Origin: Deltaproteobacteria bacterium
GTDB taxonomy: Bacteria > Campylobacterota_A > Desulfurellia > JAGGSF01
NCBI GenBank assembly: GCA_021159305.1
Contig: JAGGSB010000031.1
Location: 1-61,221 of the forward strand
Direction of reading: 5' to 3'
Length of the DNA stretch: 61,221 nt
Shown: in pieces, positions 7,376 through 17,736 of the stretch
How positions within the stretch are numbered: the stretch's first letter is position 1
Layout of the letters: every line of letters begins with the position of its first letter
Notes under the pieces: model-generated
What the model was told of the DNA's origin: nothing
The model's input: the letters and a program-made list of their open reading frames with translations, nothing else
Database searches by the model: none
Position numbers and translations under genes: made by a program

Positions 7376-9454
7376 ATGATTTATCTCTCCATAGTATGGC
7401 ATATGCATCAGCCATACTACAAAAATGATAGAGAACATACATATTTTATGCCATGGGTGAGATTACATGCCGTAAAAGACTATTACGATATGTTGATGAT
7501 TGCCAGAGAAGAAAAAGCGAAGGTATCATTCAATCTCACGCCTGTCTTATTAGAACAAATAGAAGACTATACACAGAACAGTGCAAAAGAGATCCAAAAC
7601 GAAATAGTATTGAAAGACACATCAATCTTAAATGAAGAAGAAAAAACCTATATTATCTCTAACTTTTTCCATGCCAACCATCAAGCAATTTCCGAATCCT
7701 TCCGTTATAGCCAGCTGTACAAAAAAAGACAATTGCTTAAGGGCTCCGAAGGTATGACTTCCTCTTCCGGATTTACAACACAGGACATAAGAGATATCCA
7801 GATATTGTTCAACCTGGCATGGCTTGGAGAATACACAAAAAGAAAGGACAAAGAAATAAAAACTCTTATTATTAAAGAACGAAACTTCACAGAACAGGAC
7901 AAGAAAAGCATCTACAACAAACAGATGGAAATTATGAAAAGAATTATTCCTCTGTACAAAGAGGTGTTTACTGAAAAAAAAATTGAAATAACAACATCTC
8001 CATTCTATCATCCCATTCTCCCTTTGCTTATTGACACGAATATAGCTTCAGTTTGTTCACCAAATATTAAATTGCCATCTCGTTTTACTCACCCAGAAGA
8101 TGCAAGAAAACAGATAAAAGAAGGCAAGATATTCGTAGAAAAACTCATGGACAGGGAAATAAAGGGTTTGTGGCCTTCAGAAGGTTCGGTTAGTGATGAA
8201 ACATTAAACATGGCAGCTCAAGAGGGATTTAATTTTATCATGACAGGTGATGTAATATTAAAAAACACCTCTCCCTCAGCCACGCCTTATAGATGTTACA
8301 AATATAAAGACTTGCCTCTCTATATTTTCTTCAGAGATACAGAGTTGTCCGACAAGATAGCCTTCACTTATGCCCAAATGGATGAGGAAAAAGCAGTAGA
8401 AGATTTTATAAACACCATAAAAAGGAAAACAAGCGGCACCAATAATCCTATAATAAGCATCATATTGGATGGAGAAAATGCGTGGGAATATTACAGAAAA
8501 AACGGCTATCCCTTCCTTAAGTTGCTTTACAAAAAATTAAACGAAGATGACAGTATCACCCTAATCACACCATCCCAGTATCTACAAGAACATAAGGATA
8601 AAATCTTATCCCTAAATAATGATATATGGCCTGGTTCATGGATAAACGCAAATTTTAAAGTTTGGATTGGCGACGAAGAAGACAATAAATCATGGGAATT
8701 GTTGAAGAAAACAAAAGAAGACCTAAAAGAAATATCAAAACAAAGTGAAAAAGAGATATACGTAGCCGAAGGTAGTGATTGGAATTGGTGGTATGGTTTA
8801 GAACATAGCTCGCAACAAGATCTTTTGTTCGATAATCTGTACAGAATACACCTGAAAAATGCCTATCTCTTTTCATCAAAAACACCTCCATCTATTTTAG
8901 ATGAACCTATAAAAAAATTAAGAACATTCATTGAACCGCAGAAAAAACCCACTGCGTTTATCACTCCGACAATCGACGGGAAAATCAGCTCTTACTATGA
9001 ATGGTTAGGCGCTGGTGAATATGAAGATATTCTTTCTACAATGCATCCCTCAAAAAAGATAATAAAAAAGATCTACTGGTGTTTTGATGAACAATTTCTT
9101 TACCTGCGTATAGATTGTTCCTGCAATTTAGAAGAAAAGACACTAAAGATCACCTTGACCAATGACCAAACACATAGAATAATTATGGAAGAAAATAAGG
9201 TTATTGTTCTTCATTATAGCAAAGAAAATAAGCCTATCAGCAAGGGAAAAGAAGGAATAAAAACATGTGCAGATGAAATAATAGAAATAGGCATAGAAAG
9301 AAAATCATTCAACCTGAAAGAAAGAGAAATCATAACATTATTTGCAGAGATAAGAAATAAAGACAAGCAGACAGAAGAGCGTTTTCCTCAATGGGGATAT
9401 ATTCAGATAATCATTCCGGATAGTGAATTAGAAAGAAAGAACTGGATAGTATGA
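7376..9454 (+). CDS. glycoside hydrolase family 57 alpha-glucan enzyme
   Basis: WHMHQPYY N-terminus, WPSEGS (nucleophile region) and DGENAWE (acid/base region). ATG at 7376 preferred over the TTG at 7358 used by the ORF track. Confidence 0.85.
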   Translation: MIYLSIVWHMHQPYYKNDREHTYFMPWVRLHAVKDYYDMLMIAREEKAKVSFNLTPVLLEQIEDYTQNSAKEIQNEIVLKDTSILNEEEKTYIISNFFHANHQAISESFRYSQLYKKRQLLKGSEGMTSSSGFTTQDIRDIQILFNLAWLGEYTKRKDKEIKTLIIKERNFTEQDKKSIYNKQMEIMKRIIPLYKEVFTEKKIEITTSPFYHPILPLLIDTNIASVCSPNIKLPSRFTHPEDARKQIKEGKIFVEKLMDREIKGLWPSEGSVSDETLNMAAQEGFNFIMTGDVILKNTSPSATPYRCYKYKDLPLYIFFRDTELSDKIAFTYAQMDEEKAVEDFINTIKRKTSGTNNPIISIILDGENAWEYYRKNGYPFLKLLYKKLNEDDSITLITPSQYLQEHKDKILSLNNDIWPGSWINANFKVWIGDEEDNKSWELLKKTKEDLKEISKQSEKEIYVAEGSDWNWWYGLEHSSQQDLLFDNLYRIHLKNAYLFSSKTPPSILDEPIKKLRTFIEPQKKPTAFITPTIDGKISSYYEWLGAGEYEDILSTMHPSKKIIKKIYWCFDEQFLYLRIDCSCNLEEKTLKITLTNDQTHRIIMEENKVIVLHYSKENKPISKGKEGIKTCADEIIEIGIERKSFNLKEREIITLFAEIRNKDKQTEERFPQWGYIQIIIPDSELERKNWIV

Positions 9455-10758
9455 GTGTTCCTCAGGTCGCCATCGTAGGAAAGGCAAATGTAGGAAAATC
9501 TTCTTTATTTAACCTCCTCATAGGAAAAAGGAAAAGTATAGTGATTAACATACCGCACACCACAAGAGATAGGATTATCGATTACGGGGAAATCAACGGT
9601 AAAAATTTCATGTTTATAGATACCGGTGGTTTTTCTAAACAGACAGAACTCTCTCCCTATGTCCTAAATCAGCTATCTATAAGTTTAAAAAGAGCAAATA
9701 TAATAATCGTTTTATTCGATGCTACCCACCCCCCCACACAGGAAGACGAAGAATTGATGGAACTGGTGAGAAAATACAATAAACCCATCTTGCTTGTTGT
9801 AAACAAAATAGATGTCAAAAAAAGTCAGGAAAATATCAACGAATACTACAAATTTGGTGAAATTATACCTATCTCCGTAGCTCACAGAAGAAATACAGAG
9901 TTATTAGAAGAAAAGCTACTCTTCTTTGCTGAAGATAGAGAAAGAAGAGAAAAGATCTACACTGCAAAAATAGCAGTGATAGGAAAACCAAATGTAGGAA
10001 AATCAAGTATGGCAAACGCCATATTAAACGAAGAAAGAGTTAATGTAAGTCCATTTCCCGGTACCACAACGGATAGCATAGACACAGAATTTAAATATGA
10101 AAACAAATCATATCTTCTCATAGATACAGCAGGCTTAAGAAGAAAAGGCAAAATAAAAGGAGACATAGAAAAGATTAGTGCCTTACAAAGCATACTATCC
10201 ATAAATAGAGCAAATATTGTCATTCTCATTGTCGATGCAAAAGAAGGGATAACAACTGAAGACAAAAAAATTGCCTCTTATGCCCAAAAATTAAACAAAT
10301 GCCTCGTTGTAGTTTTAAACAAGTGGGATACAGTTGAAAAAAAAACAGAAACACTGCAAAAGACAAAGGAAGAACTCTTTTTTGCACACTACGCTCCTAT
10401 TGTTTGTACAGTCGCTATAAAACGAAGAAATATTGGCAAACTTCTGCATTGGATAGAAAAAATAGTAGAAGCATATAAAACAAGAATATCCACTGCCAGA
10501 TTAAATGAAGATATGCAGAAAGTAATCAAAAAATATCCCCCTTTTTCTAAAAAAGGAAAAGAAATAAAAATTAAATATATTACGCAAGCAAGTATATCTC
10601 CGCCAACATTTATCCTATTCGCTACGAAACCAGAAGAGATTACAGAAAATTACAAGAGATATATCTTAAACAATCTATACAGATTATACAAATTTACCGG
10701 TTGTTCAATTCGTATAAAGTTTAAGAGTTCCAGGGCAAAATTGACAAATACAGATTAA
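9451..10758 (+). CDS. der: ribosome-associated GTPase Der/EngA
   Basis: Two tandem G domains (GKANVGKSS...DTGG...NKID and GKPNVGKSS...DTAG...NKWD) plus a C-terminal KH-like domain. Confidence 0.9.
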   Translation: MSVPQVAIVGKANVGKSSLFNLLIGKRKSIVINIPHTTRDRIIDYGEINGKNFMFIDTGGFSKQTELSPYVLNQLSISLKRANIIIVLFDATHPPTQEDEELMELVRKYNKPILLVVNKIDVKKSQENINEYYKFGEIIPISVAHRRNTELLEEKLLFFAEDRERREKIYTAKIAVIGKPNVGKSSMANAILNEERVNVSPFPGTTTDSIDTEFKYENKSYLLIDTAGLRRKGKIKGDIEKISALQSILSINRANIVILIVDAKEGITTEDKKIASYAQKLNKCLVVVLNKWDTVEKKTETLQKTKEELFFAHYAPIVCTVAIKRRNIGKLLHWIEKIVEAYKTRISTARLNEDMQKVIKKYPPFSKKGKEIKIKYITQASISPPTFILFATKPEEITENYKRYILNNLYRLYKFTGCSIRIKFKSSRAKLTNTD

Positions 10759-10775
10759 TATGATAAAAATAAACC

Positions 10776-13700
10776 ATGAGTAAAGAAATTAAAAAACTGC
10801 TTATAGCAAATAGGGGAGAAATTGCCATAAGAGTAGCCCGTGCTGGTAATGAGCTGGGCATAAGAACAATAGGCATCTATTCGAATGAAGACAAATATTC
10901 TCTACACAGATTTAAAATGGATGAGACATACTTAATAGGCAAAGATAAAGACCCCGTAGAAGCCTATCTCTCTATGGACGAAATAATTGAGCTTGCATTG
11001 CGAAAAGACATTGACGCTATACATCCAGGGTACGGTTTCTTAGCAGAAAATGCAGAGTTTGCAGAGAAATGCAGAGAAAACAATATAATATTTATAGGTC
11101 CCGAACCGGAAACACTAAGATTATTTGAAGACAAATTAAAATCCAAAGAAATAGCCGAACGATGTAATGTGCCTATGATACCCGGTTCCAGAAAAGCTTT
11201 AAAAGATGTCAACGAGGCGATAAGCTTTGCTGAGAGCTTTGGTTATCCCATAATGCTCAAAGCATCTAAAGGTGGTGGTGGAAGAGGCTTAAGAATTGTA
11301 AAAAGCAAAAAAGACCTCTTAGATAATTTTGAATCTGCAAAAAGAGAAGCAGGAAAGGCATTTGGCAGCTCAGATATGTTCATTGAAAAACGCATAGAAA
11401 GACCCAGACATATAGAAGTACAAATCTTAGCAGATAAACACGGAGATGTTGTTCATCTCTACGAAAGAGACTGTTCTATCCAGAGAAGACATCAAAAGAT
11501 GATAGAAATAACCCCTGCCAGAAACATCCCAGAAGATGTTCTTCAAAATCTATATAAAGATGCGATAAAGATAGCAAAAACATCCAATTATGTAAATGCC
11601 GGCACATTTGAATTTTTAATGGATGAAAACTTCAATTATTATTTCTTAGAAACAAATCCCCGCGTTCAGGTAGAACATACAGTGACAGAAAGACTTACGG
11701 GCATTGATATTGTCCATTGCCAAATACACATCGCAGAAGGAGAAAGATTAAATGGTGAAAAGATCAATCTTAAACAAGAGGATATAAAAAAGAGAGGTTG
11801 TGCTCTGCAGTGTAGAATTACAACAGAAGATCCGGAAAATAACTTCATGCCCGATACAGGTGTAATAGAAGCTTACAGATCACCCGCTGGATTTGGTATA
11901 AGATTGGATGCAGGATCAGCCTACGGCGGCGCACGCATTACACCCTATTATGATTCATTGTTGGTCAAAGTAACCTCCTGGGGATTAACATTTGAACAAG
12001 CAGTGAAAAAGATGATACGATCTCTAAATGAATTTAGAATAAGAGGCGTAAAAACAAATATTCCCTTTTTACTAAATGTGTTAAGATCAAAAATCTTTTT
12101 AGAAGAATACTTCTGCACAGAATTTATAGAAAGACATCCTGAATTACTCAAACTAAAAATAGGAAGAGACCGAGCAACAAGGTTACTTTCATTTTTAGGA
12201 AATAATATAGTAAACAAACAAGAAGATATAAAGATAAATGAAAATATCGTGTTCCCCGAAATAAAAAAGATAAATATAACAGATACAACTATTCCTAAAG
12301 GTTCAAGAGATATTTTAGAAGAAAAAGGAGTAAAGGGAGTAATAGAATGGATAAGAAATACAGGTGAGATTTTGTTCACAGATACTACATTCCGTGACGC
12401 ACACCAATCACTTTTAGCCACTCGCATAAGAACATACGATATGCTAAATGTAGGAGAAGCCACCTCCCGTTGGATGTCACAGCTCTTTTCAATAGAGATG
12501 TGGGGAGGAGCAACATTTGATGTTGCTTACAGATTCTTAAAAGAAGACCCCTGGAAAAGGGTAGAAGAGCTAAAAGAAAAAATACCCAACATATTGTTTC
12601 AAATGCTGTTGAGGGGATCAAATGCTGTAGGATACTCCAATTATCCCGATAATGTTATTAGAGCATTTGTAAAAGAAGCTTCCTCCTGTGGTATAGATGT
12701 ATTCAGAATATTTGACTGTTTCAACTGGCTACCTCAGATGAAAATATCCATAGAAGAGGTAAAAAAACAAGGAAAAATATGTGAAGCCGCTATCTGTTAT
12801 ACCGGAGATATTTTAGATAAAAACAGAGAGAAATACAATTTAAAGTATTATGTAGATTTAGCAAAAGAATTAGAAAAACTGGATGTAGACATCATTGCTA
12901 TAAAAGATATGGCAGGTCTGTGCAAACCCTATGCCGCAAAAAAACTCATAAAAACCTTAAAACAAGAAGTAGGAAAACCCATTCACTTTCACACCCATGA
13001 CACCAGCGGCAATGGAGAAGCATCTATACTTATGGCCATTGAAGCAGGAGCGGATATTGTAGATGCAGCTATCAGTTCTATGTCAGGGTTGACCAGCCAA
13101 CCAAATATGAATTCCATTGTAAGAGCCATTGCTCACACCAAAAGAAAAAGTTCTATGGACGGAGAAAAATTGGATGAGATATCCGATTATTGGGAAAGAG
13201 TAAGAACATATTACTATCCATTCGAAAGTGACCTTAAAGCATCAACAGCAGAGGTATACACCCATGAAATACCTGGCGGTCAATACAGCAACCTAAAACC
13301 ACAGGTAACAGCATTGGGACTTATAGATAGATGGGAGGAAGTAAAAAAGATGTACGCCGAGGTAAACTGGGCTTTAGGTGATGTTATAAAGGTTACACCA
13401 TCATCAAAAGTAGTTGGTGATTTAGCTTTATTTTTGGTGAGAAACAATCTTAGTATAGAAGATTTTAAAGAAAGAGCAGATGAACTTTCTTTGCCTCAAT
13501 CGGTAATGGATTTCTATAAAGGCTTACTGGGGCAACCTTACGGTGGTTTTTTTCCAAAAGGAATAAGAGAGAAGGTATTAAAGGGCGAGACACCAACGGA
13601 TGAGCGACCAGGAAAATTCTTACCTCCATTTGATTTTGAAGGTGCAAAAAAAGAATTAGAAAACAAATATAAAAAAGATTTCAAATTTCGCGAGCTTATC

Positions 13701-14213
13701 TCTTATGCACTTTATTCTAATGTATTTGAGGACTATATAAAGTTTAACGATGAATATGGAGATGTAACAAAACTTTCCACTAAAGACTTCTTTTATCCAT
13801 TAAAACATAATGAAGAAACAAGTGTAATTATAGAACACGGAAAGAAATTATTCATAAGATTTATATCGGTGGGACCATGCGATGAAAAGGGTGAAAGACC
13901 TGTATACTTCGAATTGAATGGACCGCAACGCACCATAAAGGTAAAAGACAAAAAAACAGAAGTTTTGGTAAAGCAAAACATAAAAGGAGACTCTGAAAAT
14001 ATAAAACATATATGTGCCACCATGCCAGGAAAGATAATAAGTATCAATGTAATTGAAGGTCAACATGTAGAAAAAGGCGATATATTAGCTACTACAGAGG
14101 CAATGAAGATGGAAACAAAAATTGTTACCGCATGTGAAGGAACAATCAAAAAGATATATTTAAAAGAAAAAGAAAGCATAGAAGCAGGGGACCTAATTAT
14201 GGAATTAGAATAG
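10776..14213 (+). CDS. pyc: pyruvate carboxylase (single-chain)
   Basis: 1145 aa: biotin carboxylase ATP-grasp (GGGGRGLR), carboxyltransferase (FRDAHQSL, HTHDTSG) and a C-terminal biotinyl EAMKME motif. Confidence 0.9.
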   Translation: MSKEIKKLLIANRGEIAIRVARAGNELGIRTIGIYSNEDKYSLHRFKMDETYLIGKDKDPVEAYLSMDEIIELALRKDIDAIHPGYGFLAENAEFAEKCRENNIIFIGPEPETLRLFEDKLKSKEIAERCNVPMIPGSRKALKDVNEAISFAESFGYPIMLKASKGGGGRGLRIVKSKKDLLDNFESAKREAGKAFGSSDMFIEKRIERPRHIEVQILADKHGDVVHLYERDCSIQRRHQKMIEITPARNIPEDVLQNLYKDAIKIAKTSNYVNAGTFEFLMDENFNYYFLETNPRVQVEHTVTERLTGIDIVHCQIHIAEGERLNGEKINLKQEDIKKRGCALQCRITTEDPENNFMPDTGVIEAYRSPAGFGIRLDAGSAYGGARITPYYDSLLVKVTSWGLTFEQAVKKMIRSLNEFRIRGVKTNIPFLLNVLRSKIFLEEYFCTEFIERHPELLKLKIGRDRATRLLSFLGNNIVNKQEDIKINENIVFPEIKKINITDTTIPKGSRDILEEKGVKGVIEWIRNTGEILFTDTTFRDAHQSLLATRIRTYDMLNVGEATSRWMSQLFSIEMWGGATFDVAYRFLKEDPWKRVEELKEKIPNILFQMLLRGSNAVGYSNYPDNVIRAFVKEASSCGIDVFRIFDCFNWLPQMKISIEEVKKQGKICEAAICYTGDILDKNREKYNLKYYVDLAKELEKLDVDIIAIKDMAGLCKPYAAKKLIKTLKQEVGKPIHFHTHDTSGNGEASILMAIEAGADIVDAAISSMSGLTSQPNMNSIVRAIAHTKRKSSMDGEKLDEISDYWERVRTYYYPFESDLKASTAEVYTHEIPGGQYSNLKPQVTALGLIDRWEEVKKMYAEVNWALGDVIKVTPSSKVVGDLALFLVRNNLSIEDFKERADELSLPQSVMDFYKGLLGQPYGGFFPKGIREKVLKGETPTDERPGKFLPPFDFEGAKKELENKYKKDFKFRELISYALYSNVFEDYIKFNDEYGDVTKLSTKDFFYPLKHNEETSVIIEHGKKLFIRFISVGPCDEKGERPVYFELNGPQRTIKVKDKKTEVLVKQNIKGDSENIKHICATMPGKIISINVIEGQHVEKGDILATTEAMKMETKIVTACEGTIKKIYLKEKESIEAGDLIMELE

Positions 14214-14218
14214 TTTAC

Positions 14219-14247
14219 TTGCAATATTTCTCTTGTTGTGCTATAAA
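14219..14247 (+). promoter_or_regulatory. putative sigma70-type promoter of rpsB-tsf
   Basis: TTGCAA (14219-14224), 17-nt spacer, extended -10 TGcTATAAA (14239-14247). Confidence 0.5.
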
Positions 14248-14253
14248 GCAAGA

Positions 14254-14388
14254 AAAAATACACGTGCAGGTTATCCTGAAGGAGGCTGAAATAGGCTTAT
14301 TCCTGCGCGGAAGAAAATCCTGAAGGAGGTTCTTTATGACGCAAATCAAAGATTCGCGTCTAAAAACCTCCTCTTTTTGGAGGTTTTT
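14254..14388 (+). promoter_or_regulatory. structured rpsB leader (13-nt direct repeat, three GGAGG boxes, SD-sequestering hairpin)
   Basis: ATCCTGAAGGAGG at 14273-14285 and 14317-14329. Hairpin AAAAACCTCC-N7-GGAGGTTTTT at 14362-14388, whose 3' arm is the rpsB SD. Confidence 0.6.
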
Positions 14389-14392
14389 ATGA
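14336..14392 (+). other. candidate 18-codon upstream ORF ([18 protein letters not shown]) ending in ATGA overlap with rpsB
   Basis: Own GGAGG 6 nt upstream. Its first 11 nt are identical to the rpsB start. The TGA stop (14390-14392) overlaps the rpsB ATG (14389-14391). Confidence 0.35.
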
Positions 14393-15135
14393 CGCAAATT
14401 TCAATGAAAGCATTACTGGAAGCGGGTGTTCATTTTGGTCATCAGGTAAAACGATGGAATCCACAGATGAAACCGTATATCTTTGCTGCCCGCAAAGGAA
14501 TTCACATAATAGATTTGCAAAAAACTATTAACTACTTTGAGGCATCATGCGAGTTCATAGAAAACGTAGCGGCACAAGGCAAAAGTGTTCTCTTTGTGTG
14601 CACAAAAAAGCAAGGAAAGGAGAGTATAAAAGAGTGCGCAGAAAAATGCAACATGCCGTATGTAAACGAAAAGTGGTTAGGAGGAATGCTCACAAACTTC
14701 AAAACAATCCAAAAGAGCGTTGACAAGCTAAACAAATTAGATGAGTTAGAAAAAGGAAGTGACCTGAACGAACTATCGAAAAAAGATGCCAAAAGAATCC
14801 TTAAAAAGAAAGCAAAACTGGAAAAATATCTTGCAGGCATAAGAGATATGAAGCAATTACCTGAAGCCCTGTTTGTTGTTGATGTAAAAAGGGAATCGCT
14901 TGCAGTACATGAAGCAAATATATTGAATATTCCCATTGTAGCTTTAGTGGATACAAATTGTGATCCCAATCCTATAGACTATATTATCCCTGGTAATGAC
15001 GACGCTATAAGATCAATAAAATTAGTTGCCGATAAAATCGCAGAGTCTGTTATGGAGGGTCGAGCCAAAATAGAAAAGGAAAAAGAAATAGAGGAAAAAA
15101 TAGAAGAAACAAAGGGGGAGGAGTTGAATGACTGA
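14389..15135 (+). CDS. rpsB: 30S ribosomal protein S2
   Basis: [20 protein letters not shown]-terminus. ATG at 14389 has GGAGG 5 nt upstream, and the ORF-track TTG at 14377 lies inside that SD. Confidence 0.95.
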   Translation: MTQISMKALLEAGVHFGHQVKRWNPQMKPYIFAARKGIHIIDLQKTINYFEASCEFIENVAAQGKSVLFVCTKKQGKESIKECAEKCNMPYVNEKWLGGMLTNFKTIQKSVDKLNKLDELEKGSDLNELSKKDAKRILKKKAKLEKYLAGIRDMKQLPEALFVVDVKRESLAVHEANILNIPIVALVDTNCDPNPIDYIIPGNDDAIRSIKLVADKIAESVMEGRAKIEKEKEIEEKIEETKGEELND

Positions 15136-15727
15136 GATTTCCGCGCAATCGGTCAAGCAGTTAAGAAATATAACGGGAGCAGGGATGATGGCTTGTAAAA
15201 AAGCGCTTCAGGAAACACAAGGAAACATGGAAAAAGCAATCCTTAAATTAAGAGAAAAAGGCTTAGCTGAAGCACAGAAAAAAACATCACGCATAGCAAA
15301 AGAAGGAAAAATAGGGTCTTACATACATTTTGGAGGCAAGGTAGGTGTATTGTTGGAGTTGAATTGCGAAACAGACTTTGTGGCTAACACCGATGAATTT
15401 AATACGCTCCTGAAGGATCTTACCATGCAAGTTGCAGCTATGTCACCACTGTATGTAAAAATAGAAGATGTGCCTCGAGACATAATAGAAAAAGAAAAAT
15501 CCTTCTTTAAAGAACAATTACTAAAAGAAAAAAAACCTCCTCAGATAGTAGAAAAAATTGTTGAAGGGAAAATGAGTAAATACTTTAAACAAACATGTCT
15601 TTTAGAACAAACATTTATAAAGGATGAAAAAATAACAATAAAAGAACATATTGCTAATTACATCGTTAAACTGGGAGAAAATATTAGTGTGCAAAGATTT
15701 GCCCATTTCACAGTAGGAGAGCTTTAG
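15128..15727 (+). CDS. tsf: elongation factor Ts
   Basis: UBA-like N-terminus [19 protein letters not shown]. Follows rpsB. Confidence 0.9.
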   Translation: MTEISAQSVKQLRNITGAGMMACKKALQETQGNMEKAILKLREKGLAEAQKKTSRIAKEGKIGSYIHFGGKVGVLLELNCETDFVANTDEFNTLLKDLTMQVAAMSPLYVKIEDVPRDIIEKEKSFFKEQLLKEKKPPQIVEKIVEGKMSKYFKQTCLLEQTFIKDEKITIKEHIANYIVKLGENISVQRFAHFTVGEL

Positions 15728-16437
15728 TGCAACCAAAATATAAGAAGATATTGCTTAAACTAAGCGGAGAAGCATTGATGGGTCATCTTGATTTTGGCAC
15801 AGATCTAAATACCTTAAACAGAATTGCCCAGAACATTTATGACACCTGGATTTTAGGAGTACAAATAGCCATCGTTATCGGCGGAGGAAATATCTTCCGC
15901 GGAATAAAGGGCTCAACACAAGGCATGGATAGAGCATCGGCAGATTATATGGGCATGTTAGCTACAGTAATCAACGGGCTTGCTCTGCAGGATGCACTGG
16001 AAAAACTCTCCCTCCAAACACGGGTTATGTCTGCTATAGAAATGAGAGAAATAGCAGAACCTTATATTAGAAGGAGAGCATTGAGACACTTAGAAAAGAA
16101 AAGAATTGTTATATTTGTAGCCGGAACAGGCAGTCCTTATTTCACTACAGATACAGCAGCAGCCTTGAGAGCATTAGAGATAAAAGCAGAAGTGATATTT
16201 AAAGCAACAAAGGTGGATGGTATATACGACAAGGATCCTTTAATTTACAAAGATGCAGTAAAGTACAATACAATCAGTTACCTGCAGGTAATAGATAAGG
16301 GGTTAAAGCTCATAGACGCTGCGGCTACATCTCTATGTATGGATAATTCTATGCCTATTGTTGTGTTTAATATGAATAAAAAAGATGTGTTGAAAAAAGC
16401 TGTATTGGGTGAAAAAGTAGGAACACTATTAAAATAG
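15727..16437 (+). CDS. pyrH: UMP kinase
   Basis: KLSGEAL and [10 protein letters not shown] motifs, GTG start, conserved tsf-pyrH-frr order. Confidence 0.9.
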   Translation: MQPKYKKILLKLSGEALMGHLDFGTDLNTLNRIAQNIYDTWILGVQIAIVIGGGNIFRGIKGSTQGMDRASADYMGMLATVINGLALQDALEKLSLQTRVMSAIEMREIAEPYIRRRALRHLEKKRIVIFVAGTGSPYFTTDTAAALRALEIKAEVIFKATKVDGIYDKDPLIYKDAVKYNTISYLQVIDKGLKLIDAAATSLCMDNSMPIVVFNMNKKDVLKKAVLGEKVGTLLK

Positions 16438-16447
16438 GAAACTATTC

Positions 16448-17005
16448 ATGAAAGAGATAGTCGATAAAGCGAAAAAAGAGATGGAAAAAACGCTTAAGTC
16501 GCTTACGAGATATATAAAAACAGTACGGACAGGTAGAGCTCAAGCAAATTTGGTTGAGGACATTTCTGTCTCTTGTTATGGAACAGACTCCCCATTAAAG
16601 CAAGTAGCTCTTATTTCCATTTCTGATGCTACCCACATCGTTGTTCAACCGTGGGATCCCAATATTATAAAAGACATAGAAAAAGCCATTCTTAAAACAA
16701 ATATTGGCGTTACACCTATAAATGATGGAAGAGTAATAAGATTAAATATACCTCATCTAACAGAAGAAGATAAAAATGAGATCGTAAAAAAGACAAGGAA
16801 AGATGCAGAAAAATACAAAATGAATATAAGAAACATAAGGAAAAAGGTAAACAACACATTAAAAGAAAGGGAAAAGAAAAAAGAAATTTCGGAAGATGAT
16901 TGCAAAAAAGCAATAGGCGAAATACAAAAACTCACCGATGAATACATAGAGAAAATCAGCAATATTGTGGAAAAGAAGGGGAAGGAAATACTCTCCGTCT
17001 CATGA
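16448..17005 (+). CDS. frr: ribosome recycling factor
   Basis: 185-aa RRF-like sequence (RTGRAQANLVEDISV) in conserved context. Confidence 0.9.
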   Translation: MKEIVDKAKKEMEKTLKSLTRYIKTVRTGRAQANLVEDISVSCYGTDSPLKQVALISISDATHIVVQPWDPNIIKDIEKAILKTNIGVTPINDGRVIRLNIPHLTEEDKNEIVKKTRKDAEKYKMNIRNIRKKVNNTLKEREKKKEISEDDCKKAIGEIQKLTDEYIEKISNIVEKKGKEILSVS

Positions 17006-17736
17006 ATGAAGAAAAACTCTTATCTCAAATAGACAAAAACAGTTTACCAATGCACATAGCTATTATAATGGATGGAAACGGCAGGTGGGCAAAGACACAC
17101 AAAAAAGCACGTGTTTATGGACACATAAAAGGTGTAAAAACAACAGAAACAATAGTAAAGACAGCAAAAAATATAGGAATCCCCATTCTCACCATCTTTG
17201 CATTTTCTACAGAAAATTGGCAAAGGCCTAAAGATGAGGTAGATTTCCTATTAGATCTCATCTACCAGAATACAAAACGATATTTGCCAAATTTTATGAA
17301 AAATAAAATAAGATTCAAAACAATAGGGAAAATTGAAGATTTGCCAAAAAGACTTATAAACACTTTAAGAGATGCTCAGAGAAAAACGGAAAAATATGAT
17401 GAAATGATTCTGAACTTAGCCATAAACTATGGAGGAAGATTGGATATATTAAATGCCACACAGAATATTGCAAAGCAGATAAAAAGTGGAGAAATGAATA
17501 TAAAAGATATAGATGAGAAAACATTTTCCAAATATCTATACACAAGTTCTTTACCCGACCCGGATCTTCTCATAAGAACAGGTAAAGAAAAAAGGATAAG
17601 CAACTTTCTCCTGTGGCAGTTATCGTATGCAGAACTATACTTTTCTCCTAAGATGTGGCCAAACTTCTCTGCGGCAGACCTCTATCAAGCAATAATAGAC
17701 TTCCAACACCGCAAAAGGCGATTCGGAAGGCTATAG
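17002..17736 (+). CDS. uppS: undecaprenyl diphosphate synthase
   Basis: HIAIIMDGNGRWA and FSTENWQRP motifs. Confidence 0.9.
   Translation: MNEEKLLSQIDKNSLPMHIAIIMDGNGRWAKTHKKARVYGHIKGVKTTETIVKTAKNIGIPILTIFAFSTENWQRPKDEVDFLLDLIYQNTKRYLPNFMKNKIRFKTIGKIEDLPKRLINTLRDAQRKTEKYDEMILNLAINYGGRLDILNATQNIAKQIKSGEMNIKDIDEKTFSKYLYTSSLPDPDLLIRTGKEKRISNFLLWQLSYAELYFSPKMWPNFSAADLYQAIIDFQHRKRRFGRL

Noticed and set aside
14362-14388. The rpsB-proximal hairpin as simply the pyc terminator
   Set aside because: It lies 150 nt past the pyc stop and downstream of a good promoter. Its GC core is only 5 bp and its 3' arm is the rpsB SD. A regulatory role fits better, though some termination cannot be ruled out.
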